The notes: generated from the letters alone by a model not told the origin. A stretch of DNA of 64,000 nucleotides from an uncultured candidate division Zixibacteria bacterium (GCA_963806185.1 CAWDXE010000006.1:128001-192000); one strand, 5' to 3'. Counted from the stretch's first letter, positions 28,533 to 38,065 are shown. Translations and numbers: made by a program.

Positions 28533-29867
28533 ATGTTGCCCCAGGTTCTGATTTACAATGCGACCGCCACGATCGGCCGAGTTCTGTCCGCCTTTTTGGC
28601 CCGTCATCAGGTTCACGCAGTCTACGTTTCGAAGCCCGACGAGACGCTCTCGCGGCTCACTCCCGGCCAGTTTTCGATCCTTTTGCTCGACCTGAATTTT
28701 GGGGACGAGCGCAATCCGTTTGACTATCTGGAGGCGGTTTTTGACCGCGATCCGGACATTGTGGTGATCGCCATGCCTGGCCGTCCGCAGTACGAAACGG
28801 CGATGGGGATGATGGAAGCGGGGGCGTTTGCCTTCATTCCGAAGCCGCTCAACGAGCACCTGATTTGGGTGACGGTCAACAAAGGGTTGGAGCATTACCG
28901 GCTCCGGCAGGTCCGTCGGCGGATGGAAGAGGGGCTTCAGGTCAGCCGATACGGGGAGTTTTTGGGGGTCAGTTTGGCGGTTCGGGGGGCGGTTGAAACG
29001 GCTCGAGCGGCGGCCGGGGTGGCCAGTCCGGTGCTGATCAGCGGTGAGCCGGGGGTCGGAAAAACCCATTTGGCGCACCTGATTCATGAGTGGTCGGGGC
29101 GGCGGCCGGTGGTGCGGGTCCGGGTTTCGACGGTCGCACCGGACCGGCTGGAGCGGGAATTTTTCGGCCAGGTCCGTACGACGACCAGCAAAGCGGTCCA
29201 ATTCGACCCGGGTTTGTTTTACCGGGCGGAAGGTGGGACACTGATTATAGATGAGGTCGAGCGCCTGCCGTTGGCTTTTCAGGGGAAGCTGGCGCAGGCG
29301 CTCGAGGACGGCAGGGTGTTGCCGGAGGGGGCAACACAGCCGTACCCGATTGCCGTGCGGGTGGTCGGTTTGACGACGGCTGATCTTCGCGAAGAGGTCG
29401 GGGCGGGGCGGTTTCGCGAGGATCTCTATTTCCGGCTGGCGACCGTGCCGATCGCCCTTCCGCCGTTGCGGGAGCGTCGGGAGGATATCGCCCTGCTTTT
29501 GAGGCAGGTGATGACTCAGTTGGGGCGGACGTTTGAGGAGTTGAGCCAGGAGCTGGTCACGCAGTTGCTGGTGGCGCGCTGGCCGGGGAATGTGCGACAG
29601 GTGGAATCGACCCTGGCGCGGATGGCGGCATTGAAACCGTCGGGTGTGCTGGAGGTGGTCGATTTGCCGGCAGACTTCGACGAGCCGGTGGGGGTAGCGC
29701 CGAGGGTGGAGTTGCGCCTGACGGATGCGTCGCGGCGGAGTGCGGCGATATACACAATTCAACATGCGTTAGCGCAGGCGCGCGGGAACCGCACGCGGGC
29801 GGCAAAGCTGCTTGGAATACCGAGACATACGTTATTATATCGTATGAAGAAGTTGGGGATGCGGTAG
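28533..29867 (+). CDS. NtrC-family REC-AAA+-Fis HTH regulator, atypical (no GAFTGA)
   Basis: LLLDL..KP receiver, GEPGVGKT Walker A, GGTLIIDE, FREDLYFRL, WPGNVRQ, GNRTRAAKLLGIPRHTLLYRMKKLG. Start may be 28476. Confidence 0.88.
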   Translation: MLPQVLIYNATATIGRVLSAFLARHQVHAVYVSKPDETLSRLTPGQFSILLLDLNFGDERNPFDYLEAVFDRDPDIVVIAMPGRPQYETAMGMMEAGAFAFIPKPLNEHLIWVTVNKGLEHYRLRQVRRRMEEGLQVSRYGEFLGVSLAVRGAVETARAAAGVASPVLISGEPGVGKTHLAHLIHEWSGRRPVVRVRVSTVAPDRLEREFFGQVRTTTSKAVQFDPGLFYRAEGGTLIIDEVERLPLAFQGKLAQALEDGRVLPEGATQPYPIAVRVVGLTTADLREEVGAGRFREDLYFRLATVPIALPPLRERREDIALLLRQVMTQLGRTFEELSQELVTQLLVARWPGNVRQVESTLARMAALKPSGVLEVVDLPADFDEPVGVAPRVELRLTDASRRSAAIYTIQHALAQARGNRTRAAKLLGIPRHTLLYRMKKLGMR

Positions 29868-29934
29868 GGGGGGGAAAAGGCGGCCTTTAGGGCCCAGGCC
29901 TTGTCAATCACAACGGCATGGGAGTTAACGACTA

Positions 29935-30513
29935 CTATTCACCTACTAAGTCGAAATGCCCCAGAATTGGCTCCAAACGGCAGGGAGCACCATCTATTAT
30001 TACCGAGCTATCAAGTAATACTGTGACTTCTTGACCTGAAGTTCCCGATGAGGGTGTCCAATCGAAAGGCAGCAGGGTGTCTGAGAAAACAGCGGTACTC
30101 CAAATTTCAATCACAGGTCGACCGGAACGGCGCACGGCGCTTCCAACCAACCTCACGTCCTGCCCGTTGTACAGAACCCGTATGTACTGCGGCAGGATGT
30201 CGAGCTTCGTAGCTCTGCTCTCCGGATAGGCGACGAACGTCACCTCCAGCGAATAGGATTTCTCTCCGTTCCGGTGTGACGGCCTGCTGACAGCAACCAA
30301 AAAGCACACCTTAGGGCTCGGGATAACTCTGCTCAGCACTGCCACCGTGCTATCGGTTGCCTCAAGCCATACGATATCTTCCCGTCTTCGGTCATAGATG
30401 TACGGATCCATTGTTGCCATATTGGGCCGAGCACAGCCAACGTTGGAGACAACAACACCCAATATGATTGTTGCACCCGCAAGCAGCTTACCCAGATGAT
30501 CTTGAAGTGACAT
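29935..30513 (-). CDS. Hypothetical lipoprotein
   Basis: 192-aa ORF with hydrophobic N-terminus and VGC lipobox-like motif; visibly more AT-rich than its neighbours; no family recognised. Confidence 0.5.
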   Translation of the reverse strand: MSLQDHLGKLLAGATIILGVVVSNVGCARPNMATMDPYIYDRRREDIVWLEATDSTVAVLSRVIPSPKVCFLVAVSRPSHRNGEKSYSLEVTFVAYPESRATKLDILPQYIRVLYNGQDVRLVGSAVRRSGRPVIEIWSTAVFSDTLLPFDWTPSSGTSGQEVTVLLDSSVIIDGAPCRLEPILGHFDLVGE

Positions 30514-30701
30514 ACTTCTGCAGCAGCGTAATCTGAAGCTTTCCCTTTTACAACATCGCTCGTCCCATCCGCTCTGTCAATAGGCGAGGGGGCTGGGCTT
30601 CTCGATCGATGGAAGCGGTCTGGTCTGTTGGAATGCATTCGTCAATGGCTGCCTCTCGTTCGCGCACAGAGCGTGTGCGAGCGGTCAAGAAAAGAGAACT
30701 G

Positions 30702-31344
30702 AGAGATCGCCACGGCCCGAAGCGGGCCTCGCGATGACAGGTGAGTGGATTTGGTGCACCAAGGCGTGGCGCACGAGACGTACGCCAGCCACTGACAGTA
30801 ATTGTCAGAAATTGGCAGTGGGCGGGTGGTGAGTGTCAGATTGTGTCAGGGGAAGGGGTGAGTGAGGCGACGAGGAGGAGAAGAGGGGGCTGGCGCACGA
30901 GACGTACGCCAGCCAGTGTCAGAAAATGTCAGAAATTGGCAGTGAGCGGGTGGTGAGTGTCAGATTGTGTCAGGGGGAGGGTGCGTGAGGCGACGAGGAG
31001 GAGAAGAGGGGGCTGGCGCACGAGACGTACGCCAGCCACTAGATCTACCCTGCAAACTGAAAGATCGCCACGGCCCGAAGCGGGCCTCGCGATGACATTT
31101 CTTAGGGGGCGGGATCCGCGGAGACAGTGACGAAGGATTCTCACGATAAGAGTGGATCGGTGCGGGACGAGGGATTTGAGGTTGCTTCGTCGCTACGCTC
31201 CTCGCAATGAGTGGTGGGAGGGGTAGTGCCGCACTGTGTCAAGCGCGCGCACTGCGATGACAGGTGCTTGGGGCGGGCAACGCGATGACAGCTCAGTGGA
31301 TTGAGTGTACCTAGGTGTGGCGCACGAGAACGTACGCCACGCAC
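30702..31344. repeat. REP cluster with 123-124-bp tandem duplication
   Basis: tggcgcacgagacgtacgccagcca at 30767, 30891, 31014 with two near-identical spacers; identical gatcgccacggcccgaagcgggcctcgcgatgaca on both sides; further REPs at 31172 and about 31317. Confidence 0.88.
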
Positions 31345-31358
31345 AGTGACTAGCGTCT

Positions 31359-31802
31359 CTATTTCGAGGTCAGCTTTTCCGGCGTCTTTTCGTCGGACAA
31401 CAATTCCTTGTGGGTCGCGCCCCGTTCCATCTTCTGCTTCTCCAGCGACCACACGGTCTCGACACCGTCGATGACATACTTCTGTACGTCGATCGTCCGC
31501 GCGCCCCGATCGTAGAGGCCGGTCACGGTGATCTTGAAGTCGGTCCGTCCGCCACCCTTCACCAGGTCGACCGAGTGGTCGTTGCGAAGGAAACGGATAA
31601 AGGTACCGTCGGTGAGCTTCACCCCGTAATCGTGGCCGAACGTGTCGCACTGCGCGTGCATGGCGAAGGCTTTCTGCATTTCGCAGGCGATACAGGTATA
31701 GGTGCCGGTGATGGTCCGTGTGCGATTGGCCGTCTGGCCGAGGACGCTGGCGGCGGCGATCAACAGCATAGCTGCGATCACCAGTAATTGGCGCTGTTTC
31801 AT
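31359..31802 (-). CDS. Hypothetical secreted protein with CxxC...C...H motif
   Basis: GGAG RBS, ATG 31802, signal peptide MKQRQLLVIAAMLL; TITGTYTCIAC..HAQC..GHDYG. Confidence 0.7.
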   Translation of the reverse strand: MKQRQLLVIAAMLLIAAASVLGQTANRTRTITGTYTCIACEMQKAFAMHAQCDTFGHDYGVKLTDGTFIRFLRNDHSVDLVKGGGRTDFKITVTGLYDRGARTIDVQKYVIDGVETVWSLEKQKMERGATHKELLSDEKTPEKLTSK

Positions 31803-32004
31803 AGGCGGCGACTCCGTAAGATATGAGGTTGTTCGTTGATATGGACTTCGTGAATCTACGATCATCTCGTTAGCGAGGCAAGCAGAATCCGATTGAAAAA
31901 TCTACTTGTGATGGGGCGGGGGTCGGGGGGTAATCGGGGTATCGTCGTGTTTTGTAAGTAGTTGGTAATAAGTGGATTAAACGGCCAACGGGGGAACGGA
32001 CGGA

Positions 32005-32466
32005 GGCCTTCGACTTCACTCCGGGCGGCGTATTACGGATTACGCACATTTCAATGGTAGGTCAGGGGCCTTGTGCCCCGGACAGCAAGGCTGGCGTACG
32101 CGAGTGCGTGCACAGGGAGTAGGGGGAAGCATTGAATCTTGAACCCACCGTTCCGGTGGGGTACGAGCGACGCTATAGCGAACACCGATGGATTTGAGGT
32201 TGCTTCGTCCCCTTCGACTCCGCTCAGGGTCCTCGCAATGAGTCAGTCGAGTTTTCGATTCATCGGTCGCGCTTCGACTTCGCTCAGTGCGACGTATTAT
32301 CGAGATGCTGAAGCACGATAAGAAGCGGCTTTAGCATGACAGGCTTCAGCATGACGATTCTATGGGCCCCCGCTTTCGCGGGGGTGACATTGGAGAAGGC
32401 GGGGGTGACATTAGTCTACTGTCGGGTTTCTCCGCGAGCAAAGCTCGCTCCGGAACCCGACCTACG
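32005..32466. repeat. Dense multi-family REP-like cluster
   Basis: Hairpins at about 32057 (GTAG), 32140, 32190, 32264, 32302, 32362 and 32419-32465 (reversed GTAG REP). Confidence 0.85.
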
Positions 32467-33032
32467 GTAAGGGGGCCAGGGGGAAGGTGCGCACCGAGAC
32501 CCAGTGGTCACCGGCGTCAGGCGCGACCAGATCGATCGACGCCGGCATAGAAGTGTTCGTCGGGTAAATACGGCAGGATTCGCTCTTTCACCATCACCAC
32601 GCGATGATCGGAAATCTCCTTCGCGACCGTCACGTGCGGCACGAATTGCTTGTGCGGCAGAGGCAGATCGAGACGGGCGTGCAGACTCTTGTACAGCGTG
32701 TTAATGACCGGGCTGACTTTCACACACCAGTAGATAATCGGATATTCGGGATAGAAATCACCGATCGATGACAGTTCGACGCGAAACGCGGAGCGTTCGG
32801 CCGTTTCCGCATAAATCGTCCGGGCGACATCGTCGATGGTCTGTTGCGTCTTGAAGGGGAAGACAAGCGAGATGTGGGAGTCGACCAGTTGATGGTCGGG
32901 GTCGAATTTCTCGCGGTGGGGCTGCACGATCCCGTCGAGCTGTGGCGGCAGAAAAATCACCACGGCGAATTCGTTGGTCTCGCCGCGGCGGTGCAGCTTG
33001 TCGCGGCGATAATTATATTCCAAATGAGTCAT
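32462..33032 (-). CDS. 2H phosphoesterase / 2'-5' RNA ligase family protein (+1 frameshift near 32545)
   Basis: Two HxS/T motifs (HISL, HVTV). Removing one base gives ...FYAASIDLVAPDAGDHWVSVRTFPLAPLP*, ending at TAG 32462. Confidence 0.82.
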
Positions 33033-33040
33033 CGGAATCT

Positions 33041-34486
33041 CTACCTGTAGAAGACCAGTTCAATGCGGCGGTTTTTGGCCCGACCGGCGGCGGTGTCGTT
33101 CGAGGCGATCTGGTTTATCTCGCCGCGCCCGAAAGCTTTCATCCGGTCGCTCGCCACGCCCTGGGTCACCAGATAATCGCGAACCCGCATCGCGCGCTTC
33201 TCAGACAGTTTCTGGTTGGCGACGTCGGTCCCGATGTTATCGGTGTACCCGTTGATTTCCAGTTTAATATCGGTCACGACCGCCAGCAGTCCAGCCAGTT
33301 TCTTCAGTCGTTCCCGCGAATTGGGGTCAATTTCGAAAGAACCGGGCGGATAGTCAATATACAGAATCAGTGGTTTGGCGAAGATGGCCATGTCGATACA
33401 GCCGTGCCGATCGACAGCAACACCCGGGAGCGTATACGGACAGTCATCCAGACCGTCAGGAACCCCGTCCTTGTCGCTGTCTATCGGGCAGCCGCTCGAG
33501 TCGACCACGGCACCTACCGGGCTGAACGGGCAGGCGTCGAGATAGTCGGGAATGCCGTCAAAATCGGAGTCGATCGGGCAGCCGTACATGTCGATGGACC
33601 CGGCCGCCTTGGCAGGTGTGCCGGGGCAGTCGTCGAGGCCGTCGTAAACGCCGTCGCGATCAGAATCAACCGGGCAGCCGGTTTTGTCGACTACGGCGCC
33701 GAGCGGGGTCGAGAGGCACCGGTCGGTAGCGTCCGGGACGCCATCCTCGTCGCTATCACCCAGAAGCGTTCTGACGGGCCGTCGGACGTTAGGCGGCGGC
33801 GCAGACCAGGCGGAGTCGGACGTCCAGCGGGCCGGTTTTGCGCGTCGGCTGCCGAAATGGACCTGGATTCCGGCGGTGGCGCTGTAGAGGGCACGGCCGC
33901 GCAGGCTATTGTAATCGCCTCGGAACGGGGCACCGGCCCCCGTTTGGTAGTCGGCGCGGAATTCGCCGTGGATGGAGAAGCGCGGGTTGGGGGTCGCACT
34001 AAGGCCGAGCGCGACACTGGTGATCACCTCTGACGCTTTGTATTTGCGGGGACTGTCAGTGTTGTTAAAGGCGTCGAGGACAGTGTCAGCGATGCCGTCA
34101 TTGATCTTCCAGGCCATCAGTCCACCGCCCAGGCCGATTTCAAGATTAAACGTCTTATCGGGAGGAAAGAAATTGCGGCGAAACAAGAGCGAAAAGCGGG
34201 TGGCCCGGTAGTCGCCACTGAAGGAGGAGTCGCTCGATGGGAAGAGGGGATCATCGGCCGCCAGCCTGAGCTTGTCGTTGCTGAATGAGGCAATATCGCC
34301 GGTGAGTTGCCACTTGTCGGAGAGTCTGTAGCCGACGATGCCGCCGAAGAGCTGGCCATTATCGGCGCCCTGGAAATCTGAGAAGGCAATACCTCCGGAG
34401 CCGTAGAAACCGCCGACCGACCAGCGGTAGGATTCGGCGGAGGCGGTGGTTGTTGTGAATAGCAGCAAAGCTAGAAATAGGCGCAT
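33041..34486 (-). CDS. OmpA family protein with N-terminal beta-barrel and thrombospondin type-3 repeats
   Basis: Four DSDxDGVxDxxDxC repeats; C-terminal GYTDNIG..N.KLSEKRA..GRG..KNRRIE. Confidence 0.92.
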   Translation of the reverse strand: MRLFLALLLFTTTTASAESYRWSVGGFYGSGGIAFSDFQGADNGQLFGGIVGYRLSDKWQLTGDIASFSNDKLRLAADDPLFPSSDSSFSGDYRATRFSLLFRRNFFPPDKTFNLEIGLGGGLMAWKINDGIADTVLDAFNNTDSPRKYKASEVITSVALGLSATPNPRFSIHGEFRADYQTGAGAPFRGDYNSLRGRALYSATAGIQVHFGSRRAKPARWTSDSAWSAPPPNVRRPVRTLLGDSDEDGVPDATDRCLSTPLGAVVDKTGCPVDSDRDGVYDGLDDCPGTPAKAAGSIDMYGCPIDSDFDGIPDYLDACPFSPVGAVVDSSGCPIDSDKDGVPDGLDDCPYTLPGVAVDRHGCIDMAIFAKPLILYIDYPPGSFEIDPNSRERLKKLAGLLAVVTDIKLEINGYTDNIGTDVANQKLSEKRAMRVRDYLVTQGVASDRMKAFGRGEINQIASNDTAAGRAKNRRIELVFYR

Positions 34487-34538
34487 GGGGACAATGTCGA
34501 AGACGGAAGCGGCGATGGCAATTTAAAACACCGGCGGC

Positions 34539-35828
34539 TCAGTAAAGCTTTTTGAGACTAATTCCGGTGTAGTAGGCGGAAAGAATCTGATCGAAGAGTT
34601 CCCCGCGCCGGGCTTTGCCGATCGCACCGCACTGGCACATGCCGACGCCGTGGCCGTAGCCGCGACCGTTGAATACGATATTCCGGGTGTACCCTTCGGA
34701 GTCACGCTCGATGGCGACATCGAAACCGGCCGAGGGGAGAATAAGATCGGGATTGGAGGCGCGGCCGATAACCCAGCGGACCCGGTCCTTGGTGAAGCGG
34801 TAGTTGTCGTCCACCGTACGCACGACCATTTTGGAGACACGACCACCCGCCGTGCGTTCTTCAACTTTGACGTCGAGAATTGTGCTCAGACGGATGTCGC
34901 GCCCACGATCGGTGCTGAGGTACTGCTCGATCCGTCCGCGCAGTTGCGGCTCGGTGAAGGATTCCTTCCAGACGTAGTATTTTGACCAACTGCAGTCGGA
35001 GCTGTCCTCGCGTGATTTCAGGTAGGGTTCTTCCTTTTTGTCCCAGACCTGCTCGATGTTATCAGTGATACCACCGCAGGTGGAGTGATAGTAGGCGTTG
35101 ATGAAGGCATCGTTGTACATGGCCACCGTACCGGCGGTGAGGTCGATGGCATTATTGACGAGCACTACCTCGGCATCGGCGCCTTCGTAGACCTGGTCGG
35201 CGACCGATGAGCGCATGTCATACGGTTCGCCTTCATATTGCTGGAGGTGGGCCATAGAATAGGTGCGCGCGGCGACGGCCTGGGCCTTGATAGCTTCGAT
35301 TTCGTTCTCCTCGCGAGGGCCGATTTCCGGCGGCACGACACCGCGCAGGTAATCTTCCATGTAGAGCACATTGACGAGGCGGACGTTGTGGCCCTGGGGC
35401 AGGATTTTCATGATACCGCGATACCGCTTGTTGTTAACCATGAGGCGATTGTTGGAGCCGCGCGGGATGATGTTCACCTCGTCGAGTCCCTCGCTAACCA
35501 CCTCGCCGCCGCGATCCAAAACCGAAATTTTGCGCACGCCCATCCGGGCGGAAATCGGCTGGCTGGAATAGAAGACTTCTTGTTCGCCGCCGCGGAGGCA
35601 TTCGACGGCAAAGGCCTGATCGGCTGACACGGAGACCGATTCGGCGTTGTCGTTTAGCAGGACGCGAACGAACGGAACGCGGATGACGTTGGTCACCTGT
35701 TCTTCGTGAATCCCCGGAATTCCGGCACAACTGAGGGTGAGTGAAAGGACGACAACGGCAAAGATAACGCGGATCGTCAGGCGAAACGACGGTGAAAATG
35801 CAAAACGGCGGTCGGTAGTATCGGTCAC
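34539..35828 (-). CDS. SpoIID/LytB domain lytic transglycosylase-like lipoprotein
   Basis: EDYLRGVVPPE, KAQAVAARTY, DQVY, YHSTCGG, GYGHGVGMCQ.GA; LSC lipobox; GTGA overlap with the anmK stop. Confidence 0.9.
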   Translation of the reverse strand: MTDTTDRRFAFSPSFRLTIRVIFAVVVLSLTLSCAGIPGIHEEQVTNVIRVPFVRVLLNDNAESVSVSADQAFAVECLRGGEQEVFYSSQPISARMGVRKISVLDRGGEVVSEGLDEVNIIPRGSNNRLMVNNKRYRGIMKILPQGHNVRLVNVLYMEDYLRGVVPPEIGPREENEIEAIKAQAVAARTYSMAHLQQYEGEPYDMRSSVADQVYEGADAEVVLVNNAIDLTAGTVAMYNDAFINAYYHSTCGGITDNIEQVWDKKEEPYLKSREDSSDCSWSKYYVWKESFTEPQLRGRIEQYLSTDRGRDIRLSTILDVKVEERTAGGRVSKMVVRTVDDNYRFTKDRVRWVIGRASNPDLILPSAGFDVAIERDSEGYTRNIVFNGRGYGHGVGMCQCGAIGKARRGELFDQILSAYYTGISLKKLY

Positions 35829-37030
35829 GACTTGGTCCTTTTCGGTGGCTGGACGATGTGGCCAAGAACCGGCTGGGGCAGTTGCGGCCGGCTGGAATCG
35901 AAGCGGGTGCGCAAAGGTTCGCCGCGCAGGCCGGCCTCGCCCATAACGGCGTAGGCTGACGACTCGACCAGTTGCGGATCGAAGCCGAGTTCGGCGATGG
36001 AGGCGACATCGTTTGGATACAGCATATCAGTCAGGCGGCGGACGAAGTATTCATTGCGGGCGCCGCCACCCATTAAGTATACCGTGTGGAGACGGTCGTC
36101 ATCAGCAAAAAACGGGGCGACTCTTTCGACAATGGTGCCGACGGTCAGTTCGGCGGCGGTAGCGAGCATATCGAACTTTGACAGCTTGAGTTTTCGGCCG
36201 GCGGAGTAGATCTGCTGCATGGTTCTCACGCCGAAGTCCTCGCGGCCGGTGGACCGTCGATTACTGCGGAAGAACGGATTGGCGGCGAGCATGGTCATCA
36301 GGCGAGTGGAAATCACGCCGCGGCCGGCGAAAGCGCCGTTCTTGTCATAAGGAAGATTGAACAGAAATTGCGTAAGCAGGTCCGACAGGACATTGCCCGG
36401 GCCGCAATCGGCGGCACGAACGGCAAGTTTCGCATGGCCGGTCGGAAAGTAGAAGTAGTTTGCCATGCCGCCAATATTGACGATCAGGCGCGACTCTTCT
36501 GGATCGGCGAACAAACGCGCCATGGCGCCGACCGTAATAGGAGCGCCCTCACCGCCGAGGGCAATATCGCCCTGTCGGAAGTTGCCGACAGTCATGCAGC
36601 CGGTCAGGGCTGCGATCTGGTCGAGCGAACCGAGCTGAAGTGTGCCATTGAGCGGATGGCCGAGAATCTTGAGTTTCGCCGGAAGATGACGGACAGTCTG
36701 GCCGTGAGTGGCGATCAGGTCGACGGTAATGCGCCGGCGCTTGAGTTTCGCAATGAATCGCGAGCCGGCCTGGCCGATGACCCGACCGATCAGGTTGTCG
36801 AAGCGGATGACAGCATCGAGATCGACCTTGTCGGCGTCGGCAAGAAAATGGATGGATCGCCGCAATTGAGGAGTGAATGGCGCCGAGATGCTGTCGAGAA
36901 TGCGATAGCTGGTTTTCCCTTGCGTGTGGCTGATGCGCAAGGCGACCAGATCGAGGCCGTCGGCAGAGGTACCGGAATTGATGCCAACGACGGTAAGGCT
37001 TTGGCGATGTATAAGCTCGGTCAGTGACAT
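35825..37030 (-). CDS. anmK: Anhydro-N-acetylmuramic acid kinase
   Basis: SGTSADG, THGQTVRH, TLQLG, GGEGAP, NIGGMAN, DCGPGN, STGRE, GGGARN. Confidence 0.92.
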   Translation of the reverse strand: MSLTELIHRQSLTVVGINSGTSADGLDLVALRISHTQGKTSYRILDSISAPFTPQLRRSIHFLADADKVDLDAVIRFDNLIGRVIGQAGSRFIAKLKRRRITVDLIATHGQTVRHLPAKLKILGHPLNGTLQLGSLDQIAALTGCMTVGNFRQGDIALGGEGAPITVGAMARLFADPEESRLIVNIGGMANYFYFPTGHAKLAVRAADCGPGNVLSDLLTQFLFNLPYDKNGAFAGRGVISTRLMTMLAANPFFRSNRRSTGREDFGVRTMQQIYSAGRKLKLSKFDMLATAAELTVGTIVERVAPFFADDDRLHTVYLMGGGARNEYFVRRLTDMLYPNDVASIAELGFDPQLVESSAYAVMGEAGLRGEPLRTRFDSSRPQLPQPVLGHIVQPPKRTKS

Positions 37031-37035
37031 ATTGC

Positions 37036-38049
37036 CTACTGAATGGCCACGCGGCGGAGTCTGCATTTTAGTCCGGCAATCCGTTCCAGCGAAGCGGTGA
37101 GTCGGGCAGGCGGGATATTTCCGCGCCGCACCGCATCGACAAAGTAATCAAACGCCTCCATGGCCAGTTCGTAATCTCGCCCGAACAGGAGAATATCGTG
37201 TCCGGCGAGGAAAGCCGCAACAGCGCGTTCGCCGATTGAACCGAGCGTTTCAGCGCCGGCCATAGAGAGATCGTCGGTGATAACCAGACCGTCAAAATCC
37301 AGCCCTTTGCGCAGCAATGAATCCATCACGGTTTGAGAACCGGTGACGATTGCCGAGTCCAGTTCGGGGAGAACGACGTGAGTAGTCATGATCATATCGG
37401 CGCCGGCCTCGATGCCCGCGACAAACGGAATCGATTCTCTCTGGCGCCAGACGAATTCGTCATACTTGATCGTGGGAGTCATAGTGTGAGGATCGAGATC
37501 GCCTGCGCCGAGTCCGGGGAAATGTTTCAGGCAGGAAAGCAGGCCGGACCGACGCGAGACCTCGACCGAGGTGCGCACGAATTTGGCGACGTGTTCGGGG
37601 TCGCTGCCGAAGCTTCGTCCCTCGAGGACGGCATTCTTCGGGTTCGTGAAGATGTCCGCGACCGGGGCGAGATTGAGGTTAAAGCCAAGGGCCTCAAGAT
37701 AGACGGCGGAGCGGGAGTAATCTTCGCTGAAATGATCGGTGGTTTTTTCGCGGCCGTAATCGGCAGCCGAGCGGAATTCGGCCGGAGCCCCGCGCAGACG
37801 ACAGACCCGGCCACCCTCCTGATCAATGGCAATAAAGGGAATAGTGTCGTGCTGGGCACTCCTGATCTGATCGACGTTCTGTCGGGCCGCAAGGTGAGTA
37901 GGGCAGTTTTCTTCAAAGAAGATTACGCCGCCCAGGCGTTCCTCCCTCACGAAGTTCCGGAAAGCAGAAGAGGGTGCGGAGCCGGGGAATCCGCACATGA
38001 ACAATTGTCCGAGTTCTTGCATCAGGTCAGCCATATCAGTAAACCCCAC
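37036..38049 (-). CDS. nagZ: GH3 beta-N-acetylhexosaminidase
   Basis: AIDQEGGRV, NLAPVAD, RSF, KHFPGLG....DPH, ITDDL.M. Start may be ATG 38034. Confidence 0.9.
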   Translation of the reverse strand: MGFTDMADLMQELGQLFMCGFPGSAPSSAFRNFVREERLGGVIFFEENCPTHLAARQNVDQIRSAQHDTIPFIAIDQEGGRVCRLRGAPAEFRSAADYGREKTTDHFSEDYSRSAVYLEALGFNLNLAPVADIFTNPKNAVLEGRSFGSDPEHVAKFVRTSVEVSRRSGLLSCLKHFPGLGAGDLDPHTMTPTIKYDEFVWRQRESIPFVAGIEAGADMIMTTHVVLPELDSAIVTGSQTVMDSLLRKGLDFDGLVITDDLSMAGAETLGSIGERAVAAFLAGHDILLFGRDYELAMEAFDYFVDAVRRGNIPPARLTASLERIAGLKCRLRRVAIQ

Positions 38050-38065
38050 ACACTACGTCCTGCTA

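Noticed and set aside
28512..29765. 417-aa antisense ORF and other long shadow ORFs (21666-22610, 32942-34033, 51497-52813)
   Set aside because: They lie opposite well-supported genes, as expected from GC-rich codon bias.
30767..31040. CRISPR-like repeat-spacer array
   Set aside because: Spacers are about 99 bp and near-identical, and the repeat is a dispersed REP family.
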